A DNA stretch of 64,000 nucleotides from Polyangiales bacterium (GTDB lineage Bacteria; Myxococcota_A; Polyangia; Polyangiales; Houyiibacteriaceae). The notes below the pieces were generated by a model. The model searched no databases. It saw only the letters and a program-made list of their open reading frames with translations, and was not told the DNA's origin. Of the stretch, positions 27,275-34,867 are shown in pieces (positions within the stretch are counted from its first letter, which is position 1; each line of letters starts with the position of its first letter). The stretch is taken from positions 1 through 64,000 of the forward strand of contig JBGCFM010000062.1 in the NCBI GenBank assembly GCA_045106895.1, given 5' to 3'. A program made the translations under genes and the position numbers.

Positions 27275-29145
27275 CGGCGATGTTCTTCTGAAACCTGTCG
27301 TACTTGAAGCGAGAGCGTCGCGCGTCCGGCGACAACGGCTCCCATATCGAAGGGCTGATGCATCTGGGTCGCGAAGGCGCGCCCAGGTGATTGCCCGGTG
27401 GTAAACTGCAGGCTGTCGACGACGCTCCGGGGGAGTGAGTCGGCGACGTGCCCAGGAAAACGAAGGCCTTGGCTTCGCAAGCGAACGGACGCGACAAGGC
27501 TCGTCGCGGGGTAACGCTCGATGGCGCGATCGACGAGGTCCCTAAGGTTCCGCGCTTCCGCTTGCTGGCGTCGCACCGTGGCGCCCGCAGCAAAACTGAC
27601 GGCGACGGTCTGCCCCGCAGCGCGCGCCGGGATTCGGACTTGTACGGTTCGATACGTGTCTGTGTCTTGTCCGTAGCGGCGCGTTCGCACCCGAACCGGC
27701 ACCGTGGACCCGGGGTCGACGATGCTCGTCGGCGTGGAGACGTCGACGATGGCGAGCACGTCATCCCCGAAGTGAAGTTCGAGCTCGACCTCGAGGGATT
27801 CAAGGCGCGAAGGAACGAAGGGATTGCCGTAGGCGACTTCCATGATGTCGAAGAGACGAAGTCGCGAGAGCGCCCGTGCGTCAGCTGGACCCGCGCCCAT
27901 GTACCCGCGGTCTTCAAGAGTCACGGGGTCGTGCCCCGCGATGTTCGCCGTGTAGCGCGCCGTGTACATCACGTCCGCCTCGTCCGAGGATGCAGCCTTG
28001 ATGGCGTTCATCATCGCGCCGAAGACGAGCACTGGTGTCATCGTCCGATGACTGGCGACGTGCATATTCCATTCGGTGCGTGGAGCGTCGACGAGGCCTC
28101 GTAGACGCAGGCGAACCGGCACCGTTTCCGGCGCAGCGTTCGTATCGACGACGATGGCGGACTGACGGTCGTGAACCAAGGTTCCGTAAGGCGTCAGAGC
28201 CTCCGCGATCTTGAACGAACGGGCGGCGCTCGCCAGAACGTGAAGTACCCGCGCCGTCGCCGTTGGTAGGCCCACTTCTCCGCCGTTCATCATCGGATGC
28301 CCGAACGCGACGAGTCGGTGGCCTGCACCAACATGCGTGACCGTGCCGATGGCCGTCGCGGAAACATCCCCGCGGATTAGCTGTACGCCGATGGCTCCTC
28401 CATCCACAAAGGCGGGGCTTGCGTTCGTTGTCCCTTGTCCGCCGCCGCCCTGAAGCGCCGTGAGCCCCAGGGGTGCAAGCTCGGCTCCAAGCATGGATGC
28501 GATGCTCTCGTCGAAGCCGCCGAGCATCAATGGTGTCGCAACGCGCTCGATGCCGGTTGGCATCGGAGGGCTCGCCTGGGCGAGTCGTCGCAAAGGTCCC
28601 AGAGCGCCGCCCGTTTCGCCGCCGAGGTAGGATGGAATTCCCCCACGAGATGCGCGGCGTCGCGCCCGGGCGCCACGCCGCGGTGGCAAAGGCGAAGCTC
28701 CGGCGAAGAAACTCGGCCGCGTGGGGCGATCGATCTCCTGAAGCATGCTTCGAATAGGCGTCACGCCGATCACCGGGTCGAGACCGAACTGCCACCCGTA
28801 GGCGTACGCACCGGCGAGGCGTCCGTCGATGTAGACGGGGCTGCCGCTCATACCGCCCACGGCCTTCGCGTGCTCCAAGAGTGGGTGCGGCGTTCGAACC
28901 AGAATCAAGTCCTGATCGGGGCGGAAGTTGTGGAGGACATCGATGACTTCAACGTCAAAGCGTTCCGGCGTGGTCCCGCGAAAGACAGTGAGCCCGTAGC
29001 CCCGCATGCCCGCTCGGATCTCCGAGACATCGATGATGCTTGGCCCACTTTGGGCCATGGCGGCGCCCACCAAACAGAGCGCACCAAAGGCGAGGATGCT
29101 CGCGCCACGGCGCCGTCGGCGAGAAGAGGATGAGATGACAGACAA
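27271..29145 (-). CDS. SpoIVB peptidase S55-domain secreted serine protease
   Basis: GGMSGSPVYIDGRLAGA and AIGTVT...AFGHP; signal peptide; ATGA overlap with the downstream gene. Confidence 0.87.
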   Translation of the reverse strand: MSVISSSSRRRRRGASILAFGALCLVGAAMAQSGPSIIDVSEIRAGMRGYGLTVFRGTTPERFDVEVIDVLHNFRPDQDLILVRTPHPLLEHAKAVGGMSGSPVYIDGRLAGAYAYGWQFGLDPVIGVTPIRSMLQEIDRPTRPSFFAGASPLPPRRGARARRRASRGGIPSYLGGETGGALGPLRRLAQASPPMPTGIERVATPLMLGGFDESIASMLGAELAPLGLTALQGGGGQGTTNASPAFVDGGAIGVQLIRGDVSATAIGTVTHVGAGHRLVAFGHPMMNGGEVGLPTATARVLHVLASAARSFKIAEALTPYGTLVHDRQSAIVVDTNAAPETVPVRLRLRGLVDAPRTEWNMHVASHRTMTPVLVFGAMMNAIKAASSDEADVMYTARYTANIAGHDPVTLEDRGYMGAGPADARALSRLRLFDIMEVAYGNPFVPSRLESLEVELELHFGDDVLAIVDVSTPTSIVDPGSTVPVRVRTRRYGQDTDTYRTVQVRIPARAAGQTVAVSFAAGATVRRQQAEARNLRDLVDRAIERYPATSLVASVRLRSQGLRFPGHVADSLPRSVVDSLQFTTGQSPGRAFATQMHQPFDMGAVVAGRATLSLQVRQVSEEHRR

Positions 29146-29213
29146 GGGCTGGCACCTTAGAGCAAAAGGTTGCCCCTGACGAGGTAGAGAGTCGAGATCG
29201 AGTGGGCCCGAAA

Positions 29214-29699
29214 TCAGGGCGCCAGAGCCAAGAGCTCTTCTTCGCGATAGGCGGAATCTGCGAGGCGGACGGAAAGGCTCGCGAGGTCGACGGGGCGCGG
29301 AATACAGCCGCGCGCACCAGCCCTTCGGGCGCTGGCAACAACCGACTCCGCCGGGTCATTCGCCATAATGAGCACCTGGACGTTGGGGCGCCCCTCGACC
29401 ATTCGGCGGCAGACCTCGAATCCGTCCATCCCAGGCAATTCATCAGCGATGAGCACCGCATCCACGGTCCACTCACTCACCAAGGCCAGCGCGCCCTCGC
29501 CGGAGCTCGTACCCACCACTCGAGCGCCGGCGTCGGTGAGGCGACGGGCCAGAAGCCACTGCTCATCCGGGTCCGCCTCGACGATGAGGATGTTCCCGAG
29601 GCGTCCCAGTGCGACACGCTCGCCGCTTTCCTCTTCAAACGGGGTCGTCAGCGCCACAGGGCTCGGCCGAACTCGTTTCTCTGGAAAATTGTCGCGCAT
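29214..29699 (-). CDS. Stand-alone atypical receiver-domain protein
   Basis: CheY-like pattern ILIVE..., SSGEGAL, LPGMDGFEVCRR, AGARGCIPRP; start uncertain. Confidence 0.75.
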   Translation of the reverse strand: MRDNFPEKRVRPSPVALTTPFEEESGERVALGRLGNILIVEADPDEQWLLARRLTDAGARVVGTSSGEGALALVSEWTVDAVLIADELPGMDGFEVCRRMVEGRPNVQVLIMANDPAESVVASARRAGARGCIPRPVDLASLSVRLADSAYREEELLALAP

Positions 29700-29932
29700 G
29701 TTGAAAAGACGGGGACGCATGCCCATGGCTGAAAGTTGGCCATGAAGCGTTAGTTTTTGACTCCCCCGAGCGGCCGGCAACCTAAGGCTGCGAAAGCCCT
29801 CGCGCAAGGCCTCGAAAGAGTCTTCCGGCTAAGCGACTGTTATCATGAGTGTTTTCGACAAAAACTCAAATGCGGGCATCACAGCCCGGCACTTCCTTGC
29901 GGCCAGCCACGCTTCGGAAGTACCGTCGATCT

Positions 29933-30658
29933 GTGCACCCGCCTCCACTACCTCACCAGGTCGCCGTTCTACAGCGTGTCCTCGACCGGGTGACCGTCGC
30001 GTCCGTCGATGGAGGCCCCTGCCCCCTCGTCATCTTTGGCATCGACGGAACCCTCTACGACAATCGACCACGGACGCTGGAGATCCTCGCGGAGTATGCG
30101 GAGATTGGTCATGAAGACATTCGCGAGGCGCTGCTCTCCCTCGAGAACGAGCATGTTCATTCTCTGCTGAGTCAAACGCTGCGTGAGTGTGGCGTGCACC
30201 ACGATGAAATCGTGACCGAGATCACGAGCTTCTGGCGCGAACGTTTCTTCAGCGAGCTCTACCTTCAGTGGGACGAGGCGCGCGTCGGCGCGGCTCACTA
30301 TGTTCGCGCCTTGCGCGACGCCGGAGCACAGATCGCATACGTCTCGGGACGAGACATCCCAGGCATGTTCCTCGGGACCCTTGCGCGAATGCGTGATGAC
30401 GACTTCATCGTCGCCTCACCCGGAATTCAAGTCGTGCTCAAACCAGACGCAACACTCGGCGACGAGAGCTTCAAACGCGGCGCGTTCAAAGCGCTGCGGC
30501 GTATGGGCGATGTCGTCGCCGTCTTCGACAGCAACCCGAATATCTGTGAGATGGCGCGCGCGATTCATCCGAGCGCGGACATTGGTCTCATCGACGCGTG
30601 GGCGACGGGTCCCTCCGAAGAAGCGAACATTGAAGTGGTTCGCGACTTCCGACTTTAG
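29933..30658 (+). CDS. HAD-superfamily (class B acid phosphatase-like) protein with degenerate motif I
   Basis: VIFGIDGTLYDNRPR, YVSGR, LKP...DESFK, AVFD; start GTG 29933 is uncertain. Confidence 0.75.
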   Translation: MHPPPLPHQVAVLQRVLDRVTVASVDGGPCPLVIFGIDGTLYDNRPRTLEILAEYAEIGHEDIREALLSLENEHVHSLLSQTLRECGVHHDEIVTEITSFWRERFFSELYLQWDEARVGAAHYVRALRDAGAQIAYVSGRDIPGMFLGTLARMRDDDFIVASPGIQVVLKPDATLGDESFKRGAFKALRRMGDVVAVFDSNPNICEMARAIHPSADIGLIDAWATGPSEEANIEVVRDFRL

Positions 30659-30679
30659 GCCGGCGCCGGCGCCAACCCA

Positions 30680-32128
30680 CTACGAAGCCTGAGGCTCCTC
30701 CGCTTTTGCGGCCGCCTTCTTGGGCTTGGCGTTCCACACCCGTGTCGCGAGAACGAAGCCGATGAGCGCCATTGGAATCATCGCGATGGGCCAGCTGATC
30801 CAGTTCGCCGGGTCGGACGCGAACTCCACATTGGTGTCGTCGGGGAGCAAGATGCCGTACGTAATCGACATCACCGCAGTGCCTGTGTAGACGAAGCCGT
30901 CGATGATGCCGACGGCGACGCCCACGTTCTTTCGCCCACCGAAGTCCATGCTCGCCGTGCCGCTGAGCATTCCGTGGACGCCGATGACGGCCATGGACAT
31001 GAAGACGACGAGCCAACCCACGACGGGCGTCGTGTAGACAAAGACGAGGGCGACGGCGGCGATTCCCATCGCGGCATAGAGAATCGCGGCGACGGGCCCA
31101 CGCCTGGACTGGAACACGCGGTCAGAGATGATGCCGGCGACGACACCGCCGAGGATGCCAGCGCAACAGAGCAGCATGCCCCAGTTGTTGTAAACAAACG
31201 TGTCCTTGAGATGCAGCACGCTGTCCGTCTGCTTCGCGAAGGTGCGGAACCACTGCATGATCGCCTGGCGCAAGAACCCGCTGCAGAACTCGACGCAGGC
31301 GATGGTCATGATGATGGGGTTGCGCGCCATCTTCTTGAACACTTCCATGGCGCCCAACTGCGGCCCATCGTCACCGCTCGATGCGTCTTCCGTGTCGAAG
31401 TCCGTGAAGCCGGCGAGGCCGGGGGTATCTCGGACACGGATGAACACGATGATCCAGCACGCGACGAGAATGCCGGCGGGGACAAAGAAGACGGCTTCGA
31501 GTCCGAGGTTCTCAAGAACCTTGTAGCCCCAGTCGAAGGCGAAGTAGACGCCGAGGGAGATGAGGACGCCAAAGATGGCGCCAAAGACGCCGCGCTCTCG
31601 AACATGAAACCAAGGTGCGTTGCACTTCACGATGGCGACGGCGCCGAAGCTCTGGAAGTACATGTTCATCGCATAGAGGATCGAAAAGATGATCGTGAGA
31701 TTCTGAGCGATGTCGCTCGCGGGGTCCGCGACGGCGAGCGTGGTGATGACGCCCATGGCGGCGTTCATCAGGAGCGAACCACCGGCGCCGAGGAGGATCG
31801 CCTTGCGTCCACCGATTCGGTCGGTGAGCGGGCCGTTGATGACGAAGCTGGTGCCGTAGGTCGCCGTTCCCCAGAAGAAGATGGTGGCGAAGTCCGCGTT
31901 CGTCATAAGCGGGACGCCGTCGTTCAGGATGTCGCCGAACGCGTGCTGACTGACCTTGACGTTGTAGCGGCCCATGTAGAGGAACGCGTAGGTCAGGCCG
32001 AGGGGCAGCCAGTTCCAGACTCGGCGGTGGAGGAACTTCTTCGAGTGCCCAAGATCCACCTTCGGGAGGCGAACGATGACGACGCCAATGACGGCGAGGA
32101 GGATCAAGATCGGCAGAAACTCTTCCAT
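30680..32128 (-). CDS. MFS transporter, organophosphate:Pi antiporter (GlpT/UhpC-like)
   Basis: YAFLYMGRYN, DRIGGRK, WFHVRERG, GIISDRVFQSRR; 12-13 TM. Confidence 0.88.
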   Translation of the reverse strand: MEEFLPILILLAVIGVVIVRLPKVDLGHSKKFLHRRVWNWLPLGLTYAFLYMGRYNVKVSQHAFGDILNDGVPLMTNADFATIFFWGTATYGTSFVINGPLTDRIGGRKAILLGAGGSLLMNAAMGVITTLAVADPASDIAQNLTIIFSILYAMNMYFQSFGAVAIVKCNAPWFHVRERGVFGAIFGVLISLGVYFAFDWGYKVLENLGLEAVFFVPAGILVACWIIVFIRVRDTPGLAGFTDFDTEDASSGDDGPQLGAMEVFKKMARNPIIMTIACVEFCSGFLRQAIMQWFRTFAKQTDSVLHLKDTFVYNNWGMLLCCAGILGGVVAGIISDRVFQSRRGPVAAILYAAMGIAAVALVFVYTTPVVGWLVVFMSMAVIGVHGMLSGTASMDFGGRKNVGVAVGIIDGFVYTGTAVMSITYGILLPDDTNVEFASDPANWISWPIAMIPMALIGFVLATRVWNAKPKKAAAKAEEPQAS

Positions 32129-32268
32129 GGGGCGGATTCATATCACGCACTTGGGCCTGCCGGTGGAGATGACGTCAGAACGTGCCAATCACGCACACAC
32201 GTGACGCATGGTTCACGCTTCGGACACTTCCCGGAGAGAAAGCTCCTCGAAACCCCGAAGAATCACGA

Positions 32269-32284
32269 CGGCACGAGTCGTGCT
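32269..32284 (+). promoter_or_regulatory. Candidate sigma-54 (-24/-12) promoter
   Basis: CGGCACG-AGTC-GTGCT: GG-N10-GC spacing, ends 18 bp before ATG 32302. Confidence 0.5.
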
Positions 32285-32301
32285 TGCGCGATCCCCTACT
32301 T

Positions 32302-32838
32302 ATGCCTGCCAAACTGCTATTTCTCGCCCTTGTTGTCATGACCGTCGCTGGCTGCGGCCGAACGCGCTACCAGGTGGAGACCCAAGGTCAGGTGTATTCC
32401 CTGACGAACCTCCATTCCGACGCCCGAGGACGCATCTCCTCGGTGAATTACACCAACGGAACGCGAATCCCGGTCTGCACGCCAGTGCAGTTTGGCGTCA
32501 TCAACACCCGTCAGGCGCGCTTCACCCACTCCCAGACTGGACAGCGCTTCGCCTTTACGATGCATCGCTCGGCGCGATCGCCCATGGAGCAGCAGCTCGC
32601 TCGCTACTTTGGCACCGCCTGCCCCAACGTGACGGCCATGTCCGCCGCCGACCAGGCCGGGATCGCGCAAGGTCAGGTAGCGCCGGGCATGACCAAGCAA
32701 GGAGTGATCATGGCACTGGGTTACCCGCCCGAGCACCGCACGCCTTCGCTTCAGCAGGACACGTGGCGCTACTGGGGTTCGCGAAACCGCACCTTCGAAG
32801 TCCACTTCGTCAATGGCGTGGTGGCTTCCGTTCAGTAG
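32302..32838 (+). CDS. Lipoprotein with SmpA/BamE-like C-terminal domain
   Basis: Lipobox VAGC; GMTKQGVIMALGYPP...WRYW...VHFVNGVV. Confidence 0.8.
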   Translation: MPAKLLFLALVVMTVAGCGRTRYQVETQGQVYSLTNLHSDARGRISSVNYTNGTRIPVCTPVQFGVINTRQARFTHSQTGQRFAFTMHRSARSPMEQQLARYFGTACPNVTAMSAADQAGIAQGQVAPGMTKQGVIMALGYPPEHRTPSLQQDTWRYWGSRNRTFEVHFVNGVVASVQ

Positions 32839-32995
32839 ACGACGCTTCGGGCTTGGTGGCCCGTACGTCCGAGCGTGACCGGCGCGGACCAACATGGACT
32901 CGTCGCCTGGACACGCTTGAACCCCGAGTCGTCGCCGAGCGAGTCACCTGCACCAACGCCCCCACTGCGCGTCGCGACCGGACACCGCGCCATCC

Positions 32996-33739
32996 TTGAA
33001 ACGGCACGGGGGACTGTCTTCGCTCACTTCTGGTGCAATCCCCATCGAGGTGTTGCGGGAACCATCAAGCGACGATCCGCGGACTCAAGTTCGTGTTCGC
33101 TTCCTGGACGGGTCGGTAGTCCTCGAAGGGTTCATCGAGGGCGACGTCGAAGAGCATGGCCGCCGCTGCGGCCCGCGCGTTGTGCAACGCCCCATGATGA
33201 CGCGTGGACTGGTCATCGCCACCGACGGTCGCGTCCTCGACGCTGGCACGCCTGAGCCCGTCGTTCCTGAAGGGTATGTTCGCCCAAGCCTCGTCGCACG
33301 GTTTCGCCTGCCACGCTGGGTTTGGATTCAGGAGTCACCCATTTTCCAAAGCCGACGAACGTGCCGCCGCTGGCGCTTCCGGCGTTCGCCTGAGGGCGGC
33401 CGGCTAGAGCACCGAGAGGTCGTGGACGAGCCTGAAGGTGGCGCTTACGCGACGACGATGAGCCACACGCTCGAGGAGCATCCGCCAGAGATGCGTATGT
33501 ACAACCGAAGCTGGACCGTCGAGATCCGTCGTCGCGACCCGCGGGGAGGAATGCCGAGGGGCAACGGGGCTGTAGGGGGGCTCTTCGACCTCACTGTCGT
33601 GTCCGACAAAGCCGAGGTCATCACGCTCGTCGAGGGCTCTCGTATACTCGCCTACCATCCAGACGACGCTCTCCACTGGTACCGAAGCGCGGAGGCATGC
33701 GAGGCAACGCTCCAAGCGCCAGAACCAAGCGAGGAGTGA
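32996..33739 (+). CDS. Hypothetical protein, 5' end probably disrupted
   Basis: Fills the gap between two plus-strand genes; only a TTG start without RBS; the upstream frame (from 32875) reads like its N-terminus. Confidence 0.5.
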   Translation: MKRHGGLSSLTSGAIPIEVLREPSSDDPRTQVRVRFLDGSVVLEGFIEGDVEEHGRRCGPRVVQRPMMTRGLVIATDGRVLDAGTPEPVVPEGYVRPSLVARFRLPRWVWIQESPIFQSRRTCRRWRFRRSPEGGRLEHREVVDEPEGGAYATTMSHTLEEHPPEMRMYNRSWTVEIRRRDPRGGMPRGNGAVGGLFDLTVVSDKAEVITLVEGSRILAYHPDDALHWYRSAEACEATLQAPEPSEE

Positions 33740-33757
33740 TGTGCTGACGCGCTGCGA

Positions 33758-34702
33758 GTGAAACGCGCAGACGTTGGCAAAGAGACGAGGTCGACGCATA
33801 GTGCTCGGGTGAGTGAGGACTTACCGCTTCCGGACTTCGACGCTGAACCAGCAGAGGCGCTCCCGCCTGCTCCCGCGACGAGCGCACATGACGCGGCGCT
33901 CCTCGCCGTCGAGGCACGAAACGCGAAGCTCGCCGGGGCTCCGACGCTTCCTCTCCCCTCGGCACCCCCGCCGCCGAGCGCTGACATTCGCGAAGTGGTT
34001 TACGAAGAGGTCCCGCACCCGGGTTTCGAGGAACGTTTCGGCGCTGCGTTTCGAGCGCCCTTCGTCGGCGGCGGCATCCTATGGCTCGCCGCCATCGCGT
34101 TGAGCGTTTTCTCGGCGGCGTTCATCGCGAACATTCCCAAGCTCTTCATCCTCGCCCTACCCGCCAGTTTCGCTCTGGCAGCGGCGCTACAGGCGGTGCA
34201 CTTTGGCCAAGCGGCGAACGCAGGCATGCACGACGAGGGCGACAAGATACAAGCGATGTGGGCGTTCCCCGCCCGCGACGAGTTGAGCCAGCTCGGTCTC
34301 GCCTTCGCCTTTTCCGCGGCGGCGCTTTTGGCCCCAGCCATCGCCGCCGCGCACGTCGGTCAGCCAGGGCTCGCCCTCCTCGCCATCATCGGGTTCCTGT
34401 TTTACTGGCCGATGTCTCTGGTGGGCGTGGGAATCAGCGGCAGCGTGATGACGCTCTTTCGTCCGTTGCTCATGACGCTCATGATCGTTCGAACCTTTGG
34501 ACATTACGTTCGCGTCGTCGGCGTCGCGGCCATATTGCTTCTCCCGCCCATCGCGTTGTGTCTCCTCGGCGGCGGTGGCCTCCAGTTCCTCGGCGCGCTC
34601 TGGCTGGCTCCAGCCCTCGCCTACGCCTCCGGCGTGCTGGGCTTCATGATGGGCTGCCTCGCAGCCACACGCGTCGAAACCTTCCGTGCCTTTCGCAACT
34701 AG
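33758..34702 (+). CDS. Multi-pass membrane protein with Pro-rich N-terminus
   Basis: About 6 TM helices; start GTG 33758 or 33809. Confidence 0.75.
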   Translation: MKRADVGKETRSTHSARVSEDLPLPDFDAEPAEALPPAPATSAHDAALLAVEARNAKLAGAPTLPLPSAPPPPSADIREVVYEEVPHPGFEERFGAAFRAPFVGGGILWLAAIALSVFSAAFIANIPKLFILALPASFALAAALQAVHFGQAANAGMHDEGDKIQAMWAFPARDELSQLGLAFAFSAAALLAPAIAAAHVGQPGLALLAIIGFLFYWPMSLVGVGISGSVMTLFRPLLMTLMIVRTFGHYVRVVGVAAILLLPPIALCLLGGGGLQFLGALWLAPALAYASGVLGFMMGCLAATRVETFRAFRN

Positions 34703-34706
34703 GCGA

Positions 34707-34867
34707 CTAGTGTGAGATTCAGAAAGGTTGAGGGGGAGGGCGAAGGCAGCGCTGTTCGGACCAAGGCGCGAGGAGGAGGAATATCTGGATATTTCGACGA
34801 CGAGCAACGCAGGGCTGAGCAGCGCTGACGAGAAAGCCCCCCTCAAGATTTTTGAATCGCACGCTAG
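34707..34867. mobile_element. Palindromic MITE/RPE-like element, 161 bp, CTAG-bounded
   Basis: Ends CTAGTGTGAGATTCAGAAA / TTTTTGAATCGCACGCTAG; inner arms TTGAGGGGG/CCCCCTCAA, CAGCGCTGTTCGG/CTGAGCAGCGCTG, GAATATC/GATATTT; lies between convergent genes. Confidence 0.75.

Noticed and set aside
29886..29901. CGGCACTTCCTTGC as a sigma-54 promoter (also TGGCACCTTAGAGC near 29150)
   Set aside because: GG-to-GC spacing is 9, not the required 10
30974..32341. 455-aa plus-strand ORF and similar long ORFs (46830-47975, 10099-11163, 35578-36540, 49426-50373)
   Set aside because: Antisense shadows of well-supported genes, expected with GC-rich codon usage; no motifs
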